From: Syntrophaceae bacterium UBA6087
GTDB lineage: Bacteria > Desulfobacterota > Desulfomonilia > UBA1062
DNA length: 64,000 nt
Direction of reading: 5' to 3'
NCBI GenBank assembly: GCA_002448235.1
Contig: DIXF01000001.1
Location: 73,136-137,135, forward strand
Of this stretch, positions 37,926 to 47,942 are shown one piece after another (position 1 is the stretch's first letter; each line of letters begins with the position of its first letter). The notes under the pieces are model-generated. The model ran no database searches, was not told the DNA's origin, and saw nothing but the letters and a program-made list of their open reading frames with translations. Position numbers and translations under genes: made by a program.

Positions 37926-39095
37926 CTAATCGGCCTTCTTCCTTAAGAACGTGGGGACGTTGAACGCCTCTTCGTCGAGGATGCTGTCGTCAACGACCAT
38001 GCCCAGCCGCACAACCTCTTTGTCGACCTTGGATTCCTTCTTTCTCATGAAGGCGGGCTTGTTATAATCGATCACGGTCGCGGAGTGCTTCTCCTGGGTG
38101 GGGAATACCGGCTCTTCCACGCTGGAGAGCACAATGGGCTTGTTGTTGAACCCGGTGGCAACCACGGTGATGGCGATCTTGTCCTGCATGGCCTCATCGA
38201 TAACCACGCCCCAGATGATGTTGGCGTCATCGTGGGCAGCGGACTGGATCAGGGTGGATGCCTCGTGGATCTCGTCCATGGTGATGCTGGGTCCGCTCGT
38301 GATGTTGATGAGGAGCCCCTTGGCGCCGTGGATGTCCATATCTTCGAGGAGCGGAGAGGAGATTGCCGCCTGTGCCGCTTCCTGGGCCCTGTTTTCGCCC
38401 GTTGCAGAGCCGATGCCCATCAGGGCTTTGCCCTTTTCGATCATGACCGCTTTGACGTCGTTGAAGTCCACATTGACCAGGCCTGTGTTGTTGATAAGGT
38501 CGGAGATGCCTTTCACTGCGTTGATGAGGATGTCGTCAGCCATCTGGAAGGCTTCGAGCAGGGGGATGTTCTTGCCCGCCATGCTCAGAAGGCGGTTGTT
38601 GGGGATGACGATCAGCGCGTCTACGTGACCGGCAAGCTCTTTTTCGCCGAATTCGGCCTGCTTCATCTTGCGCTTGCCTTCGAAGGGGAAAGGTTTCGTG
38701 ACGACCCCTACGGCCAGTGCACCCATTTCCCGGGCTATCTGGGCAACGATGGGGGAAGCACCGGTTCCGGTCCCGCCGCCCATGCCTGCGGTGATAAAGA
38801 CCATGTCGGTGCCTTCGAGCGCGGCCCGCAGCTCATCTTCACTCTCGCTGGCTGCATCCTTGCCGACTTCGGGGTCTCCTCCGGCGCCGAGCCCCCTGGT
38901 GAGCTTGCCGCCGATCTGTACCCTGATGGGGGAGAGGGAGGATCTCAACGTCTGGATATCGGTATTGCATGCGAGGAAATCTACACCCTTCAAGTTAGCA
39001 CTGATCATGTTGTTGACTGCGTTGCAGCCGCATCCCCCCACACCAATGACCTTAATCTTTGCTCCGGAATGTTCCAGCTTCTCCAACTCAAACAT
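37926..39095 (-). CDS. ftsZ: cell division GTPase FtsZ
   Basis: Tubulin signature GGGTGTG, an N-terminal GVGGCGCNAV, and a C-terminal conserved peptide. Start is ATG 39095 with an AGGAGG RBS. The longer listed ORF would overlap ftsA. Confidence 0.92.
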   Translation of the reverse strand: MFELEKLEHSGAKIKVIGVGGCGCNAVNNMISANLKGVDFLACNTDIQTLRSSLSPIRVQIGGKLTRGLGAGGDPEVGKDAASESEDELRAALEGTDMVFITAGMGGGTGTGASPIVAQIAREMGALAVGVVTKPFPFEGKRKMKQAEFGEKELAGHVDALIVIPNNRLLSMAGKNIPLLEAFQMADDILINAVKGISDLINNTGLVNVDFNDVKAVMIEKGKALMGIGSATGENRAQEAAQAAISSPLLEDMDIHGAKGLLINITSGPSITMDEIHEASTLIQSAAHDDANIIWGVVIDEAMQDKIAITVVATGFNNKPIVLSSVEEPVFPTQEKHSATVIDYNKPAFMRKKESKVDKEVVRLGMVVDDSILDEEAFNVPTFLRKKAD

Positions 39096-39112
39096 CTTCT
39101 CCTCCTTATTAT

Positions 39113-40342
39113 TTAGAAGACCTCTTTGAACCAACGAATCATCCGATCAAGGATCCGCTCGTAAAACGATGTGCCCTTTTTGCTGCTGAAACCACTGCTC
39201 GGACTGCCTTTCTGATAAATGCACAAACCAACCGCTGTTGCATATGCAGGGCTGTTCACCAATTCCACCAGGCCCTTTACCCCGCGGGGATAACCGACAC
39301 GGACGGGAAGGTGCATGATCCCCTCTGCAAGATCGGCAACTCCGCCCAGCGCCGAGGCGCCGCCTGTGAGGACGAGGCCTGCGGACATTGTCTCGGAAAA
39401 ACCCGTATTTCGTATTTCTGTGTAGGCAAGCTTGAACAGCTCTTCCACCCTCGATTCGATAATTTCCGCTAATATCCTTCTGGGGACCGTGTTCACCGAA
39501 TCTCCACCGATGGAGGGAACCTCGATCTGCTCATCGGGCGAGACATGGGAGGCGATGGCATGGCCGTACTTGACCTTGAGGCGCTCCGCCTCGGCAATGG
39601 GAGTGCGCAGTCCCACGGCGATGTCATTGGTGACATGATCGCCTCCAAGGGCGAGCACTGCGGTATGCCGGATCGCACCGTCGTTGAAGACCGCGATGTC
39701 GGTCGTGCCGCCGCCGATATCCATAAGGATGACGCCGAGCTGTATTTCATCGGGCGTGAGGATGGCTGCAGCGGACGCTATCTGCTGGAGCACGATGTCC
39801 TGAAGCCCTAAACCCGCCTTCTGGGCGCATTTGGTTATGTTGCTCACCGCGGAGATCGAGCCGGTGACGATGTGGATGTGGGCATCGAGCTTCGATCCCG
39901 CCATACCCACCGGGTCTGAAACGCCGCAGATATCGTCCACGCAGAACTCCTGCGGGAGCACGTGGATGATCTCGACGCCCACGGGCTTTGCAAAGTCCAT
40001 GGCCTGGTCCACGACCCGTTTCTTGTCCGCAAGGGTAATTTCATCGCCTTTAACGGCGATGACCGCGCTGGTGGTGATGCCCTGAATGTGCCCGCCCGCA
40101 ATGCCCGTATACACCTCATCCACGCGGATCCCGGCCATCTTCTCGGCGTCTTCCACGGCGGACTGGATGGCGTCGACGGTCTGCTCCATATTCACCACGA
40201 GCCCTCTTCTCAAGCCCTTGGATTCGGATATGCCGAATCCTATGACTTCGAGATCACCATTCTCTTTCAGCTCGGTTATGATGCAGCAAATCTTGGTGGT
40301 CCCGATGTCCAGCCCGACAATGATCCTATCCCTCGCTGCCAT
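39113..40342 (-). CDS. ftsA: cell division protein FtsA
   Basis: 409-aa actin-like ATPase (VGLDIGTTKICC..DIGGGTTD). Confidence 0.92.
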   Translation of the reverse strand: MAARDRIIVGLDIGTTKICCIITELKENGDLEVIGFGISESKGLRRGLVVNMEQTVDAIQSAVEDAEKMAGIRVDEVYTGIAGGHIQGITTSAVIAVKGDEITLADKKRVVDQAMDFAKPVGVEIIHVLPQEFCVDDICGVSDPVGMAGSKLDAHIHIVTGSISAVSNITKCAQKAGLGLQDIVLQQIASAAAILTPDEIQLGVILMDIGGGTTDIAVFNDGAIRHTAVLALGGDHVTNDIAVGLRTPIAEAERLKVKYGHAIASHVSPDEQIEVPSIGGDSVNTVPRRILAEIIESRVEELFKLAYTEIRNTGFSETMSAGLVLTGGASALGGVADLAEGIMHLPVRVGYPRGVKGLVELVNSPAYATAVGLCIYQKGSPSSGFSSKKGTSFYERILDRMIRWFKEVF

Positions 40343-41111
40343 ATTGCCCCCGATTTCTTAATACAATTTTATCCTCGCAGGTTAAATCCATAATCGCCCC
40401 GGTTGCGGGCTTCACTTCCCGTAAGGTCCTGAGAGCCATGTTCACCTTCCGGGGAGTCATCTCGCCCAGGATGACCAGGGTTACCCCCAGAGCAAGCCTG
40501 ATATTCATGACCCCGCCCGCCTCGATGACGAGGTCCTTTACCTTCAGTCCCTTGGCCTCGACGACCGAGACCGCGCTGATGGCTGATTTCAGGATATCGT
40601 TAAGCGCTTCCTCACCGTTTGCCGGCTCGTAGTCGCCGGCCTGAATCATGAGGCCGTAGCGGTCTTCCGTTGCAGACGCAAACACAAGCCCTTCCTCCGA
40701 TATGTAATAGGGCTTGTCCTTCAGCACCAGCGTCGCCGTAGGCTTGTGCTCCGTGATGCGGACGCTGACGCCGGCCGGGACCAGTCTCCGGGAAATGCTG
40801 ATGTCTTTTATCCATGGGTGCGCCAGGAGACGCTGCTTTGCCCCATCCATATCCCAGCTGAAGATATTGCCCCCCTCATCGAGATCCAGCAAGGTCAGGA
40901 CCTCGTTTTTATCCACATGGACAGTGCCTTTTATCTCAATGTCCTGCAGGTTAAACAGCTCGGAGTTCACCACGTATGCAACGGCGCATAATGTAATGAG
41001 ACCTCCGGAGATGCCCAGGCATAACCATATGGACAAGCGGATTGCAAGGTTGATTTTCGACAGTGTTTTCTTCTTGGAGGCAGTCTTTTTCGTTTCTTTG
41101 TAGTCAATCAA
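40326..41111 (-). CDS. ftsQ: cell division protein FtsQ/DivIB
   Basis: 261 aa with an N-terminal TM helix and a POTRA domain. Confidence 0.85.
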   Translation of the reverse strand: MIDYKETKKTASKKKTLSKINLAIRLSIWLCLGISGGLITLCAVAYVVNSELFNLQDIEIKGTVHVDKNEVLTLLDLDEGGNIFSWDMDGAKQRLLAHPWIKDISISRRLVPAGVSVRITEHKPTATLVLKDKPYYISEEGLVFASATEDRYGLMIQAGDYEPANGEEALNDILKSAISAVSVVEAKGLKVKDLVIEAGGVMNIRLALGVTLVILGEMTPRKVNMALRTLREVKPATGAIMDLTCEDKIVLRNRGQYGSEG

Positions 41112-41940
41112 CGATTCTTACCTCCTCTTGTAATTCTATCCCGAACTGCTCTTTCACCCGCTCCTTGATCATGCGTATAAGCGACTGTACGTCGGCTGCA
41201 GTCGCGTCCCGATCGTTGATAATAAAATTGGCGTGAACATCCGACACGAAAGCCCCGCCGATCCTGTATCCCTTGAGCCCTGCCTTCTCGATAAGGTAAC
41301 CCGCCGCCGCACCTTCGGGATTCTTGAACACGGACCCGCAGCTATGCCCTTTTGGCTGGGAGCGTCTTCTCACGATGAATGATTCCATGGCGGAACGGAC
41401 CTCTTCCGGAGTGGATTTATGCACATCCAGCCGTGCGCCGGTAATCACGGCATCCGCGGGGAATCCGCCGTTGCGGTAGCTGTACGGGAGCTCCTTTCTG
41501 GCGAGAGAATGCAGGCCCTCCCTGTCCATGAATTCCGCCACCAGAACGGCATCCATGATGCCTTTGCCCGGGGTACCAGCGTTCATGAACAAGGCTCCGC
41601 CTATGGTGCCGGGTATCCCTGCGAGGAATTCCAGGCCGGTCAGCGCGTTTCTCACACAGTAGTTCAGCAGGCCGGAGGTCGATACGGAGGCGCCGACCGT
41701 GATGATGTCTTCCTGATGCTCAACGGTATTGAAGCCGTTTCCGAGGCGGATGACCGGCACTTTCGTCGTCCCGTCGGAGAAGATCATATTGGACCCGCCC
41801 CCGATTACGAGGAAAGAATCGAGAGAGCTCAAGAGTAGTTTCAGCTGATCCTTCGTCTCGGGCTCGAAGAGCCTGGCGATGGCGCCGCCGCAGTGCATGG
41901 TGGTCATCTCGGATGCACTCGCGATCCTGGACTCGTTCAT
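41104..41940 (-). CDS. murB: UDP-N-acetylenolpyruvoylglucosamine reductase MurB
   Basis: FAD-binding MurB domain (HCGGAIARLFEPET...GGGSNMIF). ATG 41940 overlaps the murC stop (ATGA). The 446-aa listed ORF is an upstream over-extension. Confidence 0.85.
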   Translation of the reverse strand: MNESRIASASEMTTMHCGGAIARLFEPETKDQLKLLLSSLDSFLVIGGGSNMIFSDGTTKVPVIRLGNGFNTVEHQEDIITVGASVSTSGLLNYCVRNALTGLEFLAGIPGTIGGALFMNAGTPGKGIMDAVLVAEFMDREGLHSLARKELPYSYRNGGFPADAVITGARLDVHKSTPEEVRSAMESFIVRRRSQPKGHSCGSVFKNPEGAAAGYLIEKAGLKGYRIGGAFVSDVHANFIINDRDATAADVQSLIRMIKERVKEQFGIELQEEVRIVD

Positions 41941-43307
41941 CCGATCATCTCCAGAAGCTTCACTCCCTGTCTCCATGCATCGCCCGCGCCGAGGAAAAGG
42001 ACGAGGTCGCCTTTTTTCAGGTCTTTCAGGAGACTCTCCGGTATGCGTTCTTTGTCCTCCACGTAACAGACGTTCCGGTGGCCGTGCTCTTTGATGCTGT
42101 CGCTTAAGTTTTCTCCGGACACCCCGTCGATCGGTTTTTCGGATGCAGCGTAGATGCCGGTTATGAGAAGCTTCGATGCGTCGTAGAAAGAGGTGACGAA
42201 ATCGTCGAAGAGGTCCCGTGTCCTGGTATAGCGGTGAGGCTGGAAAACCACGATCAGGCGGCGGTCGGGGAAGCCGTTCTTCATGGCGCGAAGCGTTGCC
42301 TTGATCTCGGTCGGGTGGTGGCCGTAATCGTCCATGACCATGATGCCGTTCTTCTCGCCCCTGACATGGGCCCTGCGCTGGACCCCCTTGTATGCTTCGA
42401 GGCCCTTTCTGATTGTTTCGAAATCGAGGCCGAGCTCGATGCACGTGCCGATGACCGCCAGGGCATTGAGGCAGTTGTGGGTGCCGGGGACGTTTAAGCT
42501 CACTTCGCCCAGGGTGCCGCCGTTCCGGTGCGCGATGAAACGAGACTGCAGGCCGTCGAAGGAAGGCTCGGAATACCGGTACATGGCCTGGGTGTGTGAG
42601 CCGTAGGTGATGACCTTTCTCTCGAGGCGGGGCAGGATCTGCTGGATGCTCTCATTGTCGAGGCAGACCATGTTGAAGCCGAAGAAAGGCACCTTGTTCA
42701 TGAACTGCACGTAGGTGTCGAGGATGTCGTTCATGTCGAGGTAGCAGTCCATGTGCTCCTTCTCGATGTTGGTGACCACCGCGATGATAGGGGCCAGTTT
42801 CAGGAAGGAACGGTCGCTTTCGTCAGCCTCAGCAACGAGCAGATTGCCTTCGCCGAGGCGGGCATTGGACCCGAACATATCCAGCTTGCCGCCGATCACG
42901 GCCGTCGGGTCCAGGTTCGCCACCGACAGGACCGTTGCGAGCATGGAGGTGGTCGTGGTCTTGCCGTGAGTCCCTGCTATGGCGATGGACTGCTTCATCC
43001 TCATGATCTCCGCGAGCATCTCTGCCCGGGGAATCACCGGCAAGCCCTTGCTTTTAGCCAGGAGGCACTCCGGGTTGTCGGGAGCTACCGCGGACGAATA
43101 AACCACTACCTGGGCGTCGCCCAGGTTCTTTGCGTCATGACCGATCTCGATCCGGGCGCCGAACGAGCGGAGCCGTAATACCGTATCCGAATCCGAGACA
43201 TCGGAGCCCGATACCTTGAAGTTTAAGTTGATGAGGAGCTCGGCGATACCGCTCATGCCGATCCCTCCGATACCCACGAAGTGAATGTTGCGAATTCCTC
43301 TAAACAC
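41937..43307 (-). CDS. murC: UDP-N-acetylmuramate--L-alanine ligase MurC
   Basis: Motifs GIGGIGMSGIAELL and AGTHGKTTTTSM. Confidence 0.93.
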   Translation of the reverse strand: MFRGIRNIHFVGIGGIGMSGIAELLINLNFKVSGSDVSDSDTVLRLRSFGARIEIGHDAKNLGDAQVVVYSSAVAPDNPECLLAKSKGLPVIPRAEMLAEIMRMKQSIAIAGTHGKTTTTSMLATVLSVANLDPTAVIGGKLDMFGSNARLGEGNLLVAEADESDRSFLKLAPIIAVVTNIEKEHMDCYLDMNDILDTYVQFMNKVPFFGFNMVCLDNESIQQILPRLERKVITYGSHTQAMYRYSEPSFDGLQSRFIAHRNGGTLGEVSLNVPGTHNCLNALAVIGTCIELGLDFETIRKGLEAYKGVQRRAHVRGEKNGIMVMDDYGHHPTEIKATLRAMKNGFPDRRLIVVFQPHRYTRTRDLFDDFVTSFYDASKLLITGIYAASEKPIDGVSGENLSDSIKEHGHRNVCYVEDKERIPESLLKDLKKGDLVLFLGAGDAWRQGVKLLEMIG

Positions 43308-44358
43308 CTACTATCTCCTCTGCTATGATCTTTGAGCCGTTTCCCAGTTGCAACGCCAGGAGGTTTGATGCCGCCTTCTGCAGCATGTCATCGTCGAAGA
43401 ATCTTTTCTTTATCTCGAGTGCGAGCCGCTCTGGCCTCAGGTGCTCATCCGGGATGATCCACCCGCCGCCGTGGGCTTCCACATACAGGCCGTTCTTCAT
43501 CTGATGATCGTCCGCAGCATGGGGGAAGGGGACCATGATCGCGGGCAGTCCGGTGACGGAAAGCTCGGACAGGGTCAATCCCCCGCACCTGCATAGCGCC
43601 AGTCGGGCGCCGTTGTAAACAGGATTCATGTCGGTGATGAAGTCGTGCACATCGGCAGTCAGCCCCAACTGCCGATATGCGTCCTTCACCTTGTCGTAGT
43701 CTTTGGCGCCGCTCTGGTGCACTACCTTGAAAACCTTGCCTTCTTCTTTGAGTATCTTCAGTGCCTTGACTGCGGCATCGTTTATGCTGGCTGCGCCCAG
43801 CGAACCTCCCAGGATAAGGAGGTATTCACCGGCGCCTCTCTTTTCATCGCGGGCAATGGCTTTCCGTACAGGGTTCCCGGTTAAGACGCATTTCGATTTC
43901 GGGAACGCGCCCGCTTTGTCGGGGAATGCAAGAAACACCCGTTGTACGAGCCGTGAGAGGATGCGATTGGTCAGGCCGCCGAAGCTGTTCTGTTCCTGGA
44001 TGGCGCAGCGGGCCCCGGCCATGCGGCCGGCGAGCACCACCATCCCGGTGACGTACCCGCCCGTGCCGATCACCCAGTCGGGCCTGAAGGACCGAACGAT
44101 GCTCACTGCACGGATAAAGGCCGAGGCATTCGTGACGGCAGCACGGGCAATCTGCATTGGGGATTTGCCCTTTATCCCCAATGCAGCAAGTCCGATGAAG
44201 TCCAGCCCGTACGTCTGTGCGATCTTCTCCTCCATGCCCCGGTTCGTTCCCACATACAGGACCTCTGTTTCGTGCTTCTTGTCCCTGACGGCCTCTACGA
44301 TGGCCATGGCGGGCATGATGTGCCCTCCGGTTCCCCCGGCCGTGACGAGGAGCTTCAT
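43300..44358 (-). CDS. murG: undecaprenyl-PP-MurNAc-pentapeptide N-acetylglucosaminyl transferase MurG
   Basis: 352 aa with the GT28 N-terminus LVTAGGTGGHIMPA. Confidence 0.92.
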   Translation of the reverse strand: MKLLVTAGGTGGHIMPAMAIVEAVRDKKHETEVLYVGTNRGMEEKIAQTYGLDFIGLAALGIKGKSPMQIARAAVTNASAFIRAVSIVRSFRPDWVIGTGGYVTGMVVLAGRMAGARCAIQEQNSFGGLTNRILSRLVQRVFLAFPDKAGAFPKSKCVLTGNPVRKAIARDEKRGAGEYLLILGGSLGAASINDAAVKALKILKEEGKVFKVVHQSGAKDYDKVKDAYRQLGLTADVHDFITDMNPVYNGARLALCRCGGLTLSELSVTGLPAIMVPFPHAADDHQMKNGLYVEAHGGGWIIPDEHLRPERLALEIKKRFFDDDMLQKAASNLLALQLGNGSKIIAEEIVGV

Positions 44359-45476
44359 ATCCGCGCCCCCCTCGATACCGAGAGCACGATGCCCGAGACG
44401 ACCAGTACGCCCAGCAGGCTCGACCCTCCATAACTGAAGAAGGGCAGCGGTATCCCTTTATTGGGAAAGATGGACAGGGTGACTCCCATGTTCAGAATAG
44501 CCTGCAGCCCGACGAGGGTGACGGCGGACATGGCCAGGTAAAAGCCGAAGGAGTCGTTCGTGGCAAGCGCTATCGTAATCCCCCTCCAGATCCAGATGCC
44601 GAAGAGGCAAACCACGAAGATGACCCCGATGAAGCCGAGCTCTTCTCCGAGGACCGCAAAGATAAAGTCGGTGTGCGGCGCAGGGAGAAAGAACAGTTTC
44701 TGGGTCCCCTCTCCGAGGCCGGAACCCAGGAATCCCCCGTTGGCGAAGGCCACCATGGATTGTATGATCTGGTATCCCATGCCCTGCATATCTTCCCATG
44801 GATTCAGAAAAGTCAGCAGGCGGGCCCTCCGGTACGGCTCCAGAAGCAGCATCCCGATGCCCAGCGGAATGCCCCCGAGGATGATGAAAAGCAGGTGCTT
44901 CCATCTCATGCCTGCGATGAACAGGATGACGAGCGACCAGATCGCAAGCGTCGCCGTGGTGCCGAAATCCGGTTCGATGAAGATGAGGAGCGCATTGACG
45001 CACACGACCCCGAGTACCGGCAAGGCCCCGTTCGTGAAGTCTTCGATGTTTCTCGATTTCTTTGAAAGGTAGTAGGCGAGATAAAAGATAAGAGAGATCT
45101 TGACGATCTCAGAGGCCTGGACCGTGACGAAGACCAGGCGCACCCATCTTTTGGCGTGGCCTCCCTCGATTCCGATGCCCGGGACGAAGCAGAGGATGCA
45201 GGTGACCAGCCCTGCCGCGAGCAGGGGCAGGACGAACGCCCGGGTATTGAACCGCCGGTAGTCGATCCGGATGAGCCCGGCCATGATCGCCAGGCCGACC
45301 GCAAGGCGGACGAGGTGATTCCTGATCATGATGGTGCTGTTGCCCCATGTTTCCTTTGACAGGAAATAGCTCGAAGAGAAGATCATGATGCTCCCCATGA
45401 CCAGCAGCATAAGCGTGGTCACCAGGAAGATCATGTCAAAATCGATCGCATCCGCTATTTGATCGCGTGCACGCAT
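44355..45476 (-). CDS. ftsW: peptidoglycan glycosyltransferase FtsW (SEDS family)
   Basis: 373 aa with ten TM helices, in the dcw position between murD and murG. Confidence 0.9.
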   Translation of the reverse strand: MRARDQIADAIDFDMIFLVTTLMLLVMGSIMIFSSSYFLSKETWGNSTIMIRNHLVRLAVGLAIMAGLIRIDYRRFNTRAFVLPLLAAGLVTCILCFVPGIGIEGGHAKRWVRLVFVTVQASEIVKISLIFYLAYYLSKKSRNIEDFTNGALPVLGVVCVNALLIFIEPDFGTTATLAIWSLVILFIAGMRWKHLLFIILGGIPLGIGMLLLEPYRRARLLTFLNPWEDMQGMGYQIIQSMVAFANGGFLGSGLGEGTQKLFFLPAPHTDFIFAVLGEELGFIGVIFVVCLFGIWIWRGITIALATNDSFGFYLAMSAVTLVGLQAILNMGVTLSIFPNKGIPLPFFSYGGSSLLGVLVVSGIVLSVSRGARI

Positions 45477-46732
45477 CCCTGAAACACTTCTCCTCTATGA
45501 GCATAGCTCTTATACATATCGAAACTGGCGCACCCCGGGCTCAAAAGCACCGTATCACCCCGCACGGCGCTCTCGAACGCCAGCGACACGGCCTGCTGCA
45601 TATCAGCGGCACCCGCCGCGTCCACGATGCCGGAAACCTCGCCCATGATCCTTTCTTTGGCTTCGCCGATAACGAGGCACTTGCGGATCTTCCCTTTATG
45701 CTGCTCTGCAATGGGACCGAAGTCCCCTCCCTTGTCCTTTCCTCCCAGGATAAGGATTACCGGCCCGTCCATGCCGGCAAGCGCGGTATCCACGGCGCCC
45801 ACATTGGTGGCCTTGGAATCGTCGATGAAGGTCACCCCGCCTACGGTAGCTACATACTCAAACCGGTGATGGATCCCCTTGAAGGCGGCAAACACCTCTT
45901 CGCTCACCTTTGAGTCGACTCCCAGGAGCCTGGCAACCAGGGCCGAGGCGAGCATGTCCTCCTTCAGACCCTTGCTGATATGGTTTCCTTCGGGAATCTT
46001 CGGGCCCTCTCCTTCGATGCCGCCCTGGAAGTAAATGCGCGAACCCATGATGTATGCACCGTCGGTTGTTGCGGGCCGCGAAAACGAGAAGGCTATCCTT
46101 TTCGCCGTTCCCTCGAGCTCCTTCAGATAGGGGTCGTCATCGCTCACCACGGCGATGTCGCTTGTCGTCTGATTTTTGAAAATGATCTTCTTGAAGAAGA
46201 CGTATTCGTCCATATCCCGGTACCTGTCGAGGTGGTCGGGAGTGATGTTCAGGCAGACGCAGATATGGGGCCTGAACTTTTCTATCCATTCGAGCTGGAA
46301 GGAACTTATCTCGGCAACGACGTACCGGGGGTTCCGCTGCACCAGCGAGATTAAAGGCGGAGAGATGTTGCCCCCGATCCCGGCGTCGAGACCGGCCTTC
46401 TCGAGGATTCTGTGGATCAGGGTCGTGGTCGTGGTCTTGCCGTTCGATCCGGTGATGGCGATCAGGGTCCCGGTCATGAGCGATGATGCAACCTCTATCT
46501 CGGAAAGGACCTTTTTCGCTTCCACCAGCAACGGATGGAACCGGGGTATGCCGGGGCTCGGGATCACGAGATCCGCCCACCGGATATCTTCCCGTTCCAG
46601 AGGCTTGACGGGTATGCTCCCCGCATCCCTGCAGACCTTCTCGTCCACGAGGCGCACCTCATGTCCCTGTCTGATCATTTCTTCTGCCGTGGCCAGGCCT
46701 GTCTGGCCTGTCCCCCAAACTACTATGCGCAA
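45455..46732 (-). CDS. murD: UDP-N-acetylmuramoylalanine--D-glutamate ligase MurD
   Basis: 425 aa with P-loop GSNGKTTTT. Confidence 0.92.
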   Translation of the reverse strand: MRIVVWGTGQTGLATAEEMIRQGHEVRLVDEKVCRDAGSIPVKPLEREDIRWADLVIPSPGIPRFHPLLVEAKKVLSEIEVASSLMTGTLIAITGSNGKTTTTTLIHRILEKAGLDAGIGGNISPPLISLVQRNPRYVVAEISSFQLEWIEKFRPHICVCLNITPDHLDRYRDMDEYVFFKKIIFKNQTTSDIAVVSDDDPYLKELEGTAKRIAFSFSRPATTDGAYIMGSRIYFQGGIEGEGPKIPEGNHISKGLKEDMLASALVARLLGVDSKVSEEVFAAFKGIHHRFEYVATVGGVTFIDDSKATNVGAVDTALAGMDGPVILILGGKDKGGDFGPIAEQHKGKIRKCLVIGEAKERIMGEVSGIVDAAGAADMQQAVSLAFESAVRGDTVLLSPGCASFDMYKSYAHRGEVFQGCVHAIK

Positions 46733-46862
46733 GCTTTCATCCTTTCTATACTCTGGCTGATTCTCACGAGGAGCGAGGCGATACCCTTGTCCTCATGATC
46801 CATGTAGAATCTGAGAAGCATCTGCAAGTAATCGAGTTCGGTCTCTTTTTCTTTCATAAGCC

Positions 46863-47942
46863 TTACCTCAATTTCAGTGTCGAAATGGCCAGCATGGCCA
46901 AAAATATGGATATGATCCAGAACCTCACGATGATCTTGGGCTCCGGCCACCCTTTCAGCTCGAAGTGATGATGGATGGGTGCCATCCTGAATATCCGCCT
47001 GCCGTTGGTGTACTTGAAGAAGCCCACCTGGAGGATGACGGATATGACTTCCATGACGAATATCCCGCCGACCACCAGCAGCAGGATCTCCTGCTTCGTC
47101 ATCAGAGCAGCTGCGCCCAGGATGCCGCCCAGGCTCAACGATCCTACATCGCCCATGAACATCTGGGCGGGATAGGAGTTGTACCAGAGGAACCCCATGC
47201 CTGCGCCGACAACGGCGCCGAGGAAGATGGCGAGCTCGCCCACGCCCGAAAGGAAGGGGAACTGGAGGTAGTTGGCCGCCTTGACGTTCCCGGTCACGTA
47301 GGCGAAGACAAGGTAGGTGGCCGCCGCTATGGTGGCCGGACCGATCGCCAGTCCGTCGAGCCCGTCGGTGAGATTGACCGCGTTTGCGGAGCCTACGATC
47401 ACGAGCATGGCAAACGGTATGTAAAGCAGGCCGAGGTCGATGGTCAGATTTTTGAAGAAGGGGATCACCACGGTGCGGTCGAACCCTGGGATGCTGACCA
47501 GCACATATCCCACGACCGCCGCCACGGCGAATTCTATCAGAAGCCGCATCCTCCCGGATACGCCCTTCATGTTTCCCTTGACCGTTTTTATATAGTCGTC
47601 GACGAAACCCACGAGGCCGAAGGTGAGCAGTATGAGCATCCCGAGCCACATGTAGATGTTTTTGAGATCGACCCACAAAAGCGTCGAGAGTGCCACAGCA
47701 AAGATGATGAGCATGCCGCCCATGGTAGGCGTGCCGGATTTTCCCGAATGGGTCTTCGGCGTATTGCCGTTGATCCGTTCCTTGAGTTTGAGCTCCGAGA
47801 GCTTCCTGATGAACCACGGGCCCAGGAGCAGGCTGATGATGAGCGCAGTAAGCGTGGCGTAGATGGATCGGAAGGTGATGTACTTGAAGACGTTGAAAAA
47901 GATAAAGTCCGCATGGAGCGGGTAGAGGAGATGGTATATCAT
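46863..47942 (-). CDS. mraY: phospho-N-acetylmuramoyl-pentapeptide transferase MraY
   Basis: 359-aa polytopic membrane protein with MraY motifs ([13 protein letters not shown]). Confidence 0.93.
   Translation of the reverse strand: MIYHLLYPLHADFIFFNVFKYITFRSIYATLTALIISLLLGPWFIRKLSELKLKERINGNTPKTHSGKSGTPTMGGMLIIFAVALSTLLWVDLKNIYMWLGMLILLTFGLVGFVDDYIKTVKGNMKGVSGRMRLLIEFAVAAVVGYVLVSIPGFDRTVVIPFFKNLTIDLGLLYIPFAMLVIVGSANAVNLTDGLDGLAIGPATIAAATYLVFAYVTGNVKAANYLQFPFLSGVGELAIFLGAVVGAGMGFLWYNSYPAQMFMGDVGSLSLGGILGAAALMTKQEILLLVVGGIFVMEVISVILQVGFFKYTNGRRIFRMAPIHHHFELKGWPEPKIIVRFWIISIFLAMLAISTLKLR

Noticed and set aside
38085-39116. 343-aa plus-strand ORF antisense to ftsZ (and similar 46965..48461, 47974..48879, 51030..51719, 43703..44437 antisense to dcw genes)
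   Set aside because: Antisense to highly conserved genes, with His/Asp/Gly-rich or Arg-rich nonsense composition and no initiation signals.
41104-42444. 446-aa extended MurB ORF
   Set aside because: The upstream 168 aa are Arg/Pro-rich and overlap murC. MurB homology begins near ATG 41940, which overlaps the murC stop.
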